A DNA stretch of 64,000 nt. It comes from an uncultured Clostridia bacterium. Its GTDB lineage: Bacteria; Bacillota; Clostridia; Christensenellales; UBA1242. This document shows, piece after piece, positions 10,044 to 18,479 of this stretch (the first letter of the stretch is position 1; each line of letters opens with the position of its first letter). The stretch spans positions 68,093-132,092 of the forward strand of contig CALVYQ010000003.1 of the NCBI GenBank assembly GCA_944372335.1, given 5' to 3'. The notes below the pieces were generated by a model. That model did no database searches. It saw only the letters and a program-made list of their open reading frames with translations, and was not told where the DNA came from. Both the position numbers and the translations under genes were made by a program.

Positions 10044-11318
10044 TTATTCTCCCTCTTCAACTGTTCCTACTCCTTCTTGTGCTGGTTTCATTGAACCATC
10101 AGCCATTGCTTGAAGGAAGTTATCAGAAGCAATATCGTTATCATAATCGTATGACAAGTTAGGAAGAACAAATTTACCAACCAAAGCTTTGCGAATGCTT
10201 GTTACACTTGCAAGAGCAGTTGTTGCGTTTGTAAATCCAGTTCCACTGAATACTGCTTTAAGAGAGTTACCAGAAAGACAACGAACACCCATATTAACCT
10301 TAGGTTGAATAATAACACCTTGAACATCCGGGTCATCAACAGTCTTAAATGATGTTGGTTTAAGACCACGAAGTGTTGCATTTGCTGGTGCAATCAAACA
10401 AGACAATTGTTCTAGAAGCGCGATTGTTGTCGCATCTGTCGTCTCATCAAGACCAAGATAGTAATAAACCGCATCCTTTACCTGTTGCATAACTTCATAA
10501 AGTGGCATACCATCAAGCCAGCCGACATAACCTTTTTCAAAGTCAGCAACTGTCTTTTGTTCGCTTGTAAATGCGTTCATACCACCTTGTGCAAGCATTC
10601 TTGTTGCAACATCACTTGCGGTAAGTGCTGCAGTGTCAGTAAGGTCAACAAGGAACACAGTGTTAAACAAGAAGGCTTGTCTTGCTTGTGCTGGATAGTA
10701 ACCTGCATAAAGTTTAGAGTCACCCCTACTTACTTTTGCATTAGAAAGTTTGAACGCACGAATAGCAGCGGTTCTGTTCTCTGAACTATAAGTGTAGAAC
10801 TCGATTGCCTTTGATACTTCATCAGCAGTTGGAGTTGTGCTAAAGCTGTCCATAAAGAAGGAATAGATTTGAGATGCAAATGTATATCCGTTGATGTTGA
10901 TTGCAATATCTTGTTCAATTTGGTCTTTACAGATTTGCTCGAATCCTTCATCAAGGTTTGCTGCATTTGTCCCTTCAATTTCATCTTCAGAAACGGCAAT
11001 GTTGCTGTCGTATCTCTTTAAGATATCAATTGAGAATCTCTTTGAAAGAACATGTTTTCTTTGCCCTGTAGTTGCATCAGGCAAATTATCTTTGTTGGCC
11101 CAAAGTCCGTTTGTGGAAGCTCCACGCATTCTAAATCTATTGTTAATTGGAATTGGAACATAAATGTCCACAATAGATGCATTTGTTTGTTCTGGTGTAA
11201 CAAACTTATCAGTAATACCAAAGCCATCTTTGTGAATAATATCTTGATAAAGATTTTTATACACGGTCTTTGATACTTTTCTTGCAACTTGTTGGTTGCT
11301 CAAATTAAATAAACTCAT
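10044..11318 (-). CDS. Putative major capsid protein
   Basis: 424 aa, directly downstream of the acidic scaffold-like gene and bracketed by hairpins. Assignment is positional. Confidence 0.6.
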   Translation of the reverse strand: MSLFNLSNQQVARKVSKTVYKNLYQDIIHKDGFGITDKFVTPEQTNASIVDIYVPIPINNRFRMRGASTNGLWANKDNLPDATTGQRKHVLSKRFSIDILKRYDSNIAVSEDEIEGTNAANLDEGFEQICKDQIEQDIAININGYTFASQIYSFFMDSFSTTPTADEVSKAIEFYTYSSENRTAAIRAFKLSNAKVSRGDSKLYAGYYPAQARQAFLFNTVFLVDLTDTAALTASDVATRMLAQGGMNAFTSEQKTVADFEKGYVGWLDGMPLYEVMQQVKDAVYYYLGLDETTDATTIALLEQLSCLIAPANATLRGLKPTSFKTVDDPDVQGVIIQPKVNMGVRCLSGNSLKAVFSGTGFTNATTALASVTSIRKALVGKFVLPNLSYDYDNDIASDNFLQAMADGSMKPAQEGVGTVEEGE

Positions 11319-11349
11319 AATAATCTCCTTTTTAAATTTGAATTTTGGT

Positions 11350-11379
11350 TAATAAAAAACACTGACATCAATCAGTGTT
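11350..11379 (-). terminator. Hairpin plus T-run between scaffold and capsid genes
   Basis: AACACTGA/TCAGTGTT 8-bp stem (11358-11379) followed by TTTTTTATT on the minus strand. Confidence 0.45.
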
Positions 11380-11398
11380 CGAATTTTAGTAAATCTCT

Positions 11399-12070
11399 TT
11401 ATCTGTGCATGTGAATTTCATCTATCGCATCATCATAAAGCCTATTTATCTTTGTTGGCGCTGAAACCTTTGAAGAATAACCAAACGCTCCCTCAACTTT
11501 GCTTTTCAACGCAGTATTTTCCGCTTCCAACGCATTTTTCTCTGCTTCTAAAGCGGTTATTTTGGCTTGCAACCCATCAATTACTTGATTGTAATCAACC
11601 GGGAGTTTTTCGCCATCTTCAGCAGTAATAGAGTCATCCACAACATCATCATCTACTTGTTCCCCGCCTATTTTTTGCATAGGCACATCTTCATCAGAGT
11701 CATCTGTTGGAACGCTCTCATCAGTTGGTGTATCTTCACTTGCTTGCTCTTCGGAATTGGAGTCTTCTGCATTCTCTTGTGCCGGCACAGAATTGTCAGT
11801 TGCCCCTTCATCTTCTTTAGCTTCCGGTGATGGTTCATCAACTGGAGTAGAAGTCTCATCTGCTGGCGTTTCAGTAGATGGTTCTGCTGGCGCATTTTCT
11901 TCTTCGGCTGGTGTCATGTTTTCTGAATCATCATCTTTAGCCTCATCGGTTGTAGATGTATCTTCAGACGGCACCTCTTCCGCATCAGAATTTAAAAATG
12001 CCTTTAACTCTTCTACTTCTTCTGGTGAAAGTTCTTTCAACATCGCTTTAAGTTGTTCGAGTTTTTCCAT
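11399..12070 (-). CDS. Putative scaffolding protein
   Basis: 223 aa; extremely acidic Asp/Glu/Ser/Thr-rich centre; C-terminal coiled coil (ALEAEKNALEAENTALKSKVE); lies upstream of the capsid gene. Confidence 0.6.
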   Translation of the reverse strand: MEKLEQLKAMLKELSPEEVEELKAFLNSDAEEVPSEDTSTTDEAKDDDSENMTPAEEENAPAEPSTETPADETSTPVDEPSPEAKEDEGATDNSVPAQENAEDSNSEEQASEDTPTDESVPTDDSDEDVPMQKIGGEQVDDDVVDDSITAEDGEKLPVDYNQVIDGLQAKITALEAEKNALEAENTALKSKVEGAFGYSSKVSAPTKINRLYDDAIDEIHMHR

Positions 12071-12184
12071 AAACCCTCCTTTTTTTGTTTTTTTATTTTT
12101 CTTTATGCCGCCCCCTCATCCTTATGGGCTCTCCACCTCTCTGCTCACTCGCAGTTAAGAATTTATGTTAAGGCATAGAAAAAC

Positions 12185-12589
12185 TTATTTAATGTTTTCA
12201 CTTATATCTTGATAACTGGTAAAAATTTTACCACCATTTTTTCTATTCCTTTTAATAAACTGTTTAACTTTTTCAGTATCATAGTTTTCTTTAGGAATAG
12301 TTAAATTTTCAACCATATTTGCTAATTCATCATCTGTCATGTTTAGCTTTCCGTAGCTAAAAATTATATTTGACGCAAGTTTCTTTTCAATAATATCTGA
12401 ATCAAGTTTTTTAGCCTGTTTTATTGTTTTAACACCTGTCCAGTCTTTTTTATTAAAATCTCTTTCAAAATGTTTATTCATTGCATCTTCCACACTTTGT
12501 CCATCTTCAATAAAGACATGCGAACCATTAACTGTTATCCACTTTCCTTTTTCACCTTTTCCAGACATTAAATTATTATTCTTTTCCAT
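12185..12589 (-). CDS. Phage protein with N-terminal W-I-T-V-N-G-S-H-V module (paralogous to 9360..9977)
   Basis: 134 aa; MEKNNNLMSGKGEKGKWITVNGSHVFIEDGQS aligns with MGDFEKNKNLMNGKGEDDVQWITVKGNHIPIKDGEN. Confidence 0.55.
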   Translation of the reverse strand: MEKNNNLMSGKGEKGKWITVNGSHVFIEDGQSVEDAMNKHFERDFNKKDWTGVKTIKQAKKLDSDIIEKKLASNIIFSYGKLNMTDDELANMVENLTIPKENYDTEKVKQFIKRNRKNGGKIFTSYQDISENIK

Positions 12590-12601
12590 ATTGTCTCCTT
12601 T

Positions 12602-14068
12602 TTAAATTCTTCCATATTTATCTTGTTCTCTTATTCTCTCAAGCACAGCATCAATTGAGTTGTCTTGCTCAAATCTTAACCTTCTTTCTGGGAAAGTAAG
12701 ATTGTATGGGTTTTTCAAAACCATCATAACTGCATATTGAAGCGCATCTGGAAAGTCGTTTGGTATTGTTGGGTCAAGTTTGCCATTCTCCAAATATCTT
12801 TGTGCTTTGATTTGCTCTACCAATTTTTTGTTACTATATTGCGGACTATATTTATCAACATTAACTATTTTCAATGTGCCATTTGCAAAAGCCGCATTCA
12901 TTAAATCAAGTTGATGTTCTTTCTCTTGTTTATCTTTATAAGCAAACAATCTTACATTTCTCCATCTCATATAGTTTCTATCAGTAGATGCCAAAACACA
13001 CATCTGTCTATACATTCCACTTGCACAATCAAAACTAAATATTATTGGCAACATATGTTCTTGATTAAAGTGTGCATTGATATAGTCTAAATATTGAATT
13101 ATCATTGAACATCGTTCAGTTAATGCAGGTTTAACTGGCATTTCTTTACAAGAAAGATAAAAGCCCTCTTGTGCCCTTAAAAATCCACTATTATGAACCG
13201 TCAATGCAGAAGCTGCTACTGCATCAGCACTTTCTGCATCATCTACACCAATAACTATTGAATTGATAAACGACTTCATACCAAGTATTCTATCGGCTTT
13301 TATCAAGATATCACGGTCAATATAACAGTCTTCTTCTATAAATGAATGGAACACTGTCTCCCAACCAGCCGCATCCAAATCACCAAGATAAATTTGTCTA
13401 TATTGAATTGGGTCATTTTTTTGCAAATCTTCTATTTCATGTAAAAGCGCCGCAGGTATCCACTCAATGATTTCTTTGTAGGTAGGTTTAAGCACAGTCC
13501 ACTCTGGGTCATTCAACTTTGCTTTATAGAACTCATCAAGCCACATTGAACTTCTATCAGGGTTGCCAGCAAGGATAACCTTACTGTGTCCCGCTTTCAT
13601 TTGTCTTAAGAATGTTGATAAACAGTTTAGTAAAATCTCCTTGCTGTGCAGTTTTTGAATTTCATCCATAATAAAAAGACTTATCGGCCTGATAAGTTTC
13701 TTACTTTTAGTTGTATTAACATCATCTTTCTTGTTGGTCTGAACCGGGTAAACTCTTATTTGGTTTTTATGTCCCTTTTTAAAGATATATTTTGAAGAGA
13801 TAACCCAATCACCATTATTTAGTCCTTCACTTTCTAAATATGCTTGAAACTCACTCAAAACACCTTCGCCAGCATTTGTTAATGTATCAACACCAACGCA
13901 GACATCATAATTTGGAAATGCATCATAATAAAGCAATATGATTCTACCAAGCCCAGATGACTTCCATGATGTTCTCGGCGAATACCAAAGATTTTTCTTA
14001 CACCAATTATCTTCAAGGTCATTAAATGAAGGTTCATAGATTCTCGGAACTTCAAGTTCTAATTCCAT
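12602..14068 (-). CDS. terL: Terminase large subunit
   Basis: 488 aa; Walker B-like LFIMDEIQ, coupling motif ILAGNP, C-terminal acidic nuclease motifs (IGVDDAES, FSFDCASG); follows a small-subunit-like gene. Confidence 0.8.
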   Translation of the reverse strand: MELELEVPRIYEPSFNDLEDNWCKKNLWYSPRTSWKSSGLGRIILLYYDAFPNYDVCVGVDTLTNAGEGVLSEFQAYLESEGLNNGDWVISSKYIFKKGHKNQIRVYPVQTNKKDDVNTTKSKKLIRPISLFIMDEIQKLHSKEILLNCLSTFLRQMKAGHSKVILAGNPDRSSMWLDEFYKAKLNDPEWTVLKPTYKEIIEWIPAALLHEIEDLQKNDPIQYRQIYLGDLDAAGWETVFHSFIEEDCYIDRDILIKADRILGMKSFINSIVIGVDDAESADAVAASALTVHNSGFLRAQEGFYLSCKEMPVKPALTERCSMIIQYLDYINAHFNQEHMLPIIFSFDCASGMYRQMCVLASTDRNYMRWRNVRLFAYKDKQEKEHQLDLMNAAFANGTLKIVNVDKYSPQYSNKKLVEQIKAQRYLENGKLDPTIPNDFPDALQYAVMMVLKNPYNLTFPERRLRFEQDNSIDAVLERIREQDKYGRI

Positions 14069-14075
14069 AAACTCC

Positions 14076-14483
14076 TCACTTTTCTTCAGTATTTGTTGGT
14101 GGTGTATAATCTCCTACAATCTTTGGGTCTTTCTCTTTTCTATTGCTACGATTTGACTTATCAACAAACTTAACCTTAATTCCGGTTATCTCTTGACTTT
14201 CAAATTCAAGTGTTTCCTTAGGTTTCTCCCCGGTTAAATCTCGAATAGAGTTAAATGCAGGAACATCTCCCGTTTTTGCCTTATTAAATAAAGCAAGAGC
14301 CACCATTTCATATCCTGTTAATTTCTTGCCTGTTTCACTATCATACTTCATTGATAAAATGCTTTCAACCGCTTCCTTTAGTCTCTTCTTCTCCGCTCTC
14401 ACTTTTCCACTGGCAATTCCGCCTTTCTTTCCCCTTTCTCGTGCTTCTTCCGTGCTTGGTGTCTTTAAATTCTCGCTGTTCAT
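14076..14483 (-). CDS. terS: Putative terminase small subunit
   Basis: 135 aa basic protein (ARERGKKGGIASGKVRAEKKRLKEA) immediately upstream of terL. Confidence 0.55.
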   Translation of the reverse strand: MNSENLKTPSTEEARERGKKGGIASGKVRAEKKRLKEAVESILSMKYDSETGKKLTGYEMVALALFNKAKTGDVPAFNSIRDLTGEKPKETLEFESQEITGIKVKFVDKSNRSNRKEKDPKIVGDYTPPTNTEEK

Positions 14484-15748
14484 TCTGCTTTCGCCTCCTC
14501 TTCCTTAGGCTCTCGTATATCTTCTTCAGTGTCAAGGCTAGCGCTATTTGAAGTGGCACTGCTGGAGTGAATGGCCCCGCCCAGAATACTAATATCGCCG
14601 TTGTCACTGTCCAGAACCATGGGTTGATAATTAGTGCTAAAATTGCCGTTATTATTACAGGTGACCAAAATATTAACTCCGCTATTAGAACCCACAGTAT
14701 CATTTGTTTGTTGAGAACATTCTTCCTTAACCACTTCCATAGCCTTGTCCACTTTGTGACTTTCTTTGTCCCTAGAAAGTGGTATATAGTCGTCTCGCTT
14801 TTTAAAAACTTTCTTGCCAACGACAATTGAGCCATCTTCTTTTTCAATATCATTTTCATAAGTTATCGTTCCAACCACATTCCTGTAAAACTCTTCCATA
14901 ATTCTAGTTTTCTTAATTAAGCCTTCTCGCCAGTCTCCACATATAAAATTAAGTGCTGAAAAATAAAAAGAAAAGGCAGAACCTGCCATAATCAATAATT
15001 CAAACACAAGTATCATAATCTCCGCTTGGCTTATATTTCTGCCACCAGCACTAACAAAAGATAACATCACTGAGATAACTAATGACATAACAACGCTTGA
15101 TATAAGTTTTGCATTTTTCCAATGTTTAACTGAAAGTCCAAACAGTTTCTGCTTTGATGTAATATCTTCTTTCGCACAGATTTCTTCCACCTCGTATGGT
15201 GCAACATAAGCAAAACGTGCTTTGTTTAAAAGTCTGCAATCTTTTTTATATCTCTTGCGATTTATCTTATTGACTTTCTTATTCTCTGATGCCTCTTGCT
15301 GTGGAACATCAACATCCATGTAATTCCCATTCTCATCGAAATAATTATTATAAACAAGTGAACTTCCACTAAGAATGGCTATTCGCTTTTGTTTAAGTCT
15401 ATCCGCATTTTTTCTTTCGCACCAAATATTGAAATCTTCTTTGTATGTTGAAATCTCATTCGATGTTATAAGATGCTCTTTCTTTGTTGCTTTTACTTCG
15501 CTGTCCTTCTGCCCAGAGATAAGACCCTGTTCAGCGAATGCATCTCTAATCATCACCCAGCAGACCATCATGAGTCCACTGTTTAAGAACACGCTTAAAA
15601 AGTCTTGTGGTGCAAAATTAACTGTAATTAAATTTAAAAGTAAAAAGGCAACAAAGACTAAAATTCCGGATAGAAGTTTGATATATCCTTTAAGTCCTTT
15701 CATTCTCCGCTCCACTTTCTTGTTCAACTTTCTGATATTTATAAGCAA
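14480..15748 (-). CDS. Phage multi-pass membrane protein (unknown function)
   Basis: 422 aa with about four hydrophobic helices and a Ser/Asn-rich acidic tail. The true start may be the internal MKGLKGY (about 15703). Confidence 0.5.
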   Translation of the reverse strand: MLINIRKLNKKVERRMKGLKGYIKLLSGILVFVAFLLLNLITVNFAPQDFLSVFLNSGLMMVCWVMIRDAFAEQGLISGQKDSEVKATKKEHLITSNEISTYKEDFNIWCERKNADRLKQKRIAILSGSSLVYNNYFDENGNYMDVDVPQQEASENKKVNKINRKRYKKDCRLLNKARFAYVAPYEVEEICAKEDITSKQKLFGLSVKHWKNAKLISSVVMSLVISVMLSFVSAGGRNISQAEIMILVFELLIMAGSAFSFYFSALNFICGDWREGLIKKTRIMEEFYRNVVGTITYENDIEKEDGSIVVGKKVFKKRDDYIPLSRDKESHKVDKAMEVVKEECSQQTNDTVGSNSGVNILVTCNNNGNFSTNYQPMVLDSDNGDISILGGAIHSSSATSNSASLDTEEDIREPKEEEAKAE

Positions 15749-16208
15749 ACATGTTGCCTATGGTGTAAATTATGAGGCACAATACATACACAGCAAAAAC
15801 TATAGCCATTCTGCTTAATCCATATGACCAATTTAGAATTGTCTCAAACACCACTTTTTGATATACACTCTCTAATATTCCACTTACAATGCCACACAAA
15901 CAACTAAGTATTCCGCACCAAAGCATGTAATCAAAGTATGTGAAGGCAATTGTTAAATATGGGCTATATTTCTTGCCCTTTGAGTCTAAGTGTTTTAGCA
16001 CCATACTTGTTTTGCTCTGCTTGCGGAAAAACTTGTAAATGAATAGAATCGCCACAAGTCCAACAGTCACAACAGGCGCCGTTATCTTTAAGCCCTCATC
16101 ATCTTGATTGAAGTTTATTTGAATACCCAAAATCATGACTGTGCAAACAACAGCAATCGTTAGAGCAAGTGCCAGTGAAATAAGCCTTATTTGTTTATCT
16201 CTTTTCAT
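15690..16208 (-). CDS. Phage multi-pass membrane protein
   Basis: 172 aa with about five hydrophobic segments. Confidence 0.5.
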   Translation of the reverse strand: MKRDKQIRLISLALALTIAVVCTVMILGIQINFNQDDEGLKITAPVVTVGLVAILFIYKFFRKQSKTSMVLKHLDSKGKKYSPYLTIAFTYFDYMLWCGILSCLCGIVSGILESVYQKVVFETILNWSYGLSRMAIVFAVYVLCLIIYTIGNMFAYKYQKVEQESGAENERT

Positions 16209-16215
16209 ACCCCAC

Positions 16216-16773
16216 CTACACCAAACTATCTAATTTATCTTTTATTTGCTCGACTTTTATTTTGGTTTTCTTAACCTTTTTCTTTGTCGGTTGTTCTGCC
16301 TTTTCTTTTAGGCTTGCAACAACTTTGGCTCTATCTTCCAACTTCGACAAAAAAGTTTTGTATTGCAATCTCGCCTTTGCTGGCATTGTAGGGCTATCTT
16401 TAAACCTAAGCGCCTCCGCTTTTTGGAACTCGATTTGAATTTCTGCAAGTTCTAAGTTTTCAGCAAGTATCTCTTGCGTTGACTTTTGCGAGTATTTGTT
16501 CTCGCTGTTGTTAATATATCTACTCACCATTGCCTTTTGACTAAACCACAATGGAAAGCCTGCACCAATTGTAAAACCGTTTAAATAATTCATAAATGTA
16601 GTGGCAAGTTCTGGATTATCGGTATAACTTAGCGCCTTTGCTATAATCTCACTTGTTTGCTCTGGAAGTGTGTAGTAGCAGATTACAAAGGCTGTCCAAA
16701 GTAACAATATAATAAAAACAACATTCAAAATAATGTCATAACTTTTAATGCACTTATTGATAAAACTCTTCAT
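16216..16773 (-). CDS. Phage membrane-anchored coiled-coil protein
   Basis: 185 aa; N-terminal TM helix, coiled-coil region, Lys-rich C-terminal tail. Confidence 0.5.
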   Translation of the reverse strand: MKSFINKCIKSYDIILNVVFIILLLWTAFVICYYTLPEQTSEIIAKALSYTDNPELATTFMNYLNGFTIGAGFPLWFSQKAMVSRYINNSENKYSQKSTQEILAENLELAEIQIEFQKAEALRFKDSPTMPAKARLQYKTFLSKLEDRAKVVASLKEKAEQPTKKKVKKTKIKVEQIKDKLDSLV

Positions 16774-17192
16774 CAGTATCCACTCCTTTCGTTGTCAATT
16801 TCTTGTCGCCAACTCTCTAACTGCGAAACTCGATTTTTGAGCAATTCTATCTCTGTTAACAACGATGCAAATTCTTCATCTATGCTTTTTGATAGACTTG
16901 CAGGACTAACCACAAATTGATAACTTAATGTTTTAACAATCTCGTTTGAGGCGTTTAAAAAATCTACCTTTAAGTCATTAAGCCCAATCTTTAACTTTGA
17001 AGAGTGTATGCCTAATTGACTGTTTGTTGTCACGCCCACGAAGATATTATTCACTCTCACATTTGCCTTTGAATACGAAAAATCTAAATCAGAGAATGTT
17101 AAGTTTATAGTCTCGCCTTGATAGACATAGATTGTCAACTTATTCTCGAATGAATTATCATCTTTTTGTGTTAAATCAAAATTCTTTACCAT
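16773..17192 (-). CDS. Phage protein, beta-rich domain plus C-terminal coiled coil
   Basis: 139 aa; its stop overlaps the next start (ATGA). Confidence 0.5.
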   Translation of the reverse strand: MVKNFDLTQKDDNSFENKLTIYVYQGETINLTFSDLDFSYSKANVRVNNIFVGVTTNSQLGIHSSKLKIGLNDLKVDFLNASNEIVKTLSYQFVVSPASLSKSIDEEFASLLTEIELLKNRVSQLESWRQEIDNERSGY

Positions 17193-17201
17193 ATCTCGCT
17201 C

Positions 17202-17414
17202 CTATATTTGTCCTTCAATAGATAATCTTCCATCACCATGAATAAGATATTCCTTTTGACACGCTGGACAAGTATATTTAGCCTTTAAATGCTTACCAAC
17301 ACTCATCGGGCAACCACATCTTAAACATTTCAATTCTCTTTTCATAAACACTCCCCTTCTCTCTAAATCTTCATACTTTTCAAAAAATGTTTCAATAAAG
17401 CTTTCGTTTTGCAT
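17202..17414 (-). CDS. Small zinc-ribbon protein
   Basis: 70 aa with CLRC-x14-CPAC; first ORF after the late leader/terminator; AAGGAG RBS upstream. Confidence 0.5.
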   Translation of the reverse strand: MQNESFIETFFEKYEDLERRGVFMKRELKCLRCGCPMSVGKHLKAKYTCPACQKEYLIHGDGRLSIEGQI

Positions 17415-17462
17415 ATAAACTCCTTATTGGTCGATTCGTTTGGATTTGCACCAATTAAACCG

Positions 17463-17492
17463 ATAAAAAAGGCATACCATTCCCGATATGCC
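17463..17492 (-). terminator. Intrinsic terminator ending the late-leader RNA
   Basis: GGCATA/TATGCC stem (17471-17492) followed by TTTTTTAT on the minus strand. Confidence 0.6.
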
Positions 17493-17628
17493 TTTACTCG
17501 CAGTCAGTGATACGCACCGATTCCTGCGTTTCTGCCTAAGACTCGCTAGCCTTAGGTCTTAAATCTCATAGTGGATAAGAATATTATGCTTAATTTTAAA
17601 AGGAGGAGTTCTATATCCACTTATCCAC
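17463..17628 (-). ncRNA. Candidate ~165-nt structured leader/sRNA preceding the late operon
   Basis: GC-enriched non-coding gap with three hairpins (GTGGATAAG/CTTATCCAC, CCTAAG/CTTAGG, CGCAG/CTGCG) plus a terminator. Starts at the predicted TSS of an extended -10 promoter. Confidence 0.45.
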
Positions 17629-17634
17629 GATATT

Positions 17635-17643
17635 ATTGTAACA
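17635..17643 (-). promoter_or_regulatory. Extended -10 promoter element TGTTACAAT
   Basis: The minus strand reads TGTTACAAT. The predicted TSS, 7 nt downstream (G at 17628), is the first base of hairpin 1. Confidence 0.45.
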
Positions 17644-17659
17644 TAGAAAATACTGACAT

Positions 17660-18094
17660 TTAATGACAAGTTTTATTTTTTTCAGCAATTTCTTCAAATG
17701 CACCATTATATTTTCGAAAAATATGTCTTTCACTGTAATTGAACTCACGAATAATTCTTTTCAATGGCTTACCTGTCATATATCTTTCCATAAGTAAATT
17801 TTGTGAAAGTATATCTATCCCCTGTATATCTTCCAAAAACTTATCTTCCATTGCAAGTGCATCGTCTATTGTTTTTGAAATCATTTGTTCAAGTTCTTGA
17901 ATTTTTATTAGTCTTTTTTCAGCATATGGTGCATTTTCTCCGCCCATCGTTTTTTCTTCTAAAGATGCCGACCTTAACGCACCGTTTAAATTCTTCCATA
18001 ACAGTAATTCTTCTTGCAGATTTTTTAACCTTCGCTTTGTTTGATTAAACTTCTCAAGTTCTTCCTTAACTTTTTTCCCTTCTTCGCTTAACAT
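17660..18094 (-). CDS. Putative late-gene transcriptional regulator (sigma region-4-like HTH; ArpU/RinA-type position)
   Basis: 144 aa; coiled-coil N-terminus and C-terminal HTH-like ERYMTGKPLKRIIREFNYSERHIFRKYNGAFEEI; last gene before the late operon; good RBS. Confidence 0.5.
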   Translation of the reverse strand: MLSEEGKKVKEELEKFNQTKRRLKNLQEELLLWKNLNGALRSASLEEKTMGGENAPYAEKRLIKIQELEQMISKTIDDALAMEDKFLEDIQGIDILSQNLLMERYMTGKPLKRIIREFNYSERHIFRKYNGAFEEIAEKNKTCH

Positions 18095-18117
18095 TTCATC
18101 CTCCTTTTAATTTCTCA

Positions 18118-18468
18118 TTATTCCTTTTTCGCTTGCTGGTAGAAGTAATTTAATTCAATTTCTAAATGTTCATTCCAATCTTCTTTTGGTATATTTCTAT
18201 TCGGATAATCTTCTTTTAAAGCCAACTCGCAAGCCCTTTTCCAAGTATCTCGGTCAGTTTCAAGTTGCTGGTAACTTGCTTGTAATTTGCTAAATGCTTC
18301 TTTTGAGTATTGATTATCGTCTAATGTTTCGTCAAGTTCTTCCACACTCTCAATGCCATACTTTTCGAGTATATCTTCCAAACCTTGAAGTTTATAATAT
18401 ACCATATTAGAAGCCTCATCGTGAAAGTAAAAATTAACTTTATTATTTCTCGTCAATCTTTCTGCCAT
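18118..18468 (-). CDS. Phage early hypothetical protein (acidic)
   Basis: 116 aa ORF in the co-directional early operon. Confidence 0.45.
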   Translation of the reverse strand: MAERLTRNNKVNFYFHDEASNMVYYKLQGLEDILEKYGIESVEELDETLDDNQYSKEAFSKLQASYQQLETDRDTWKRACELALKEDYPNRNIPKEDWNEHLEIELNYFYQQAKKE

Positions 18469-18479
18469 ATCATTCTCCT

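Noticed and set aside
11757-12158. 133-aa plus-strand Ser-rich ORF
   Set aside because: It is antisense to the acidic scaffold gene, with no RBS. It is a compositional artefact.
14365-14859. 164-aa minus-strand ORF overlapping terS and the 422-aa membrane gene
   Set aside because: It is an alternative frame spanning a gene junction. Both overlapped genes have better context and coupling.
17597-17606. Strong Shine-Dalgarno-like AAAGGAGGAG on the plus strand in the late-leader gap
   Set aside because: No start codon or ORF follows. The sequence is more simply part of the loop of hairpin 1 in the minus-strand RNA.
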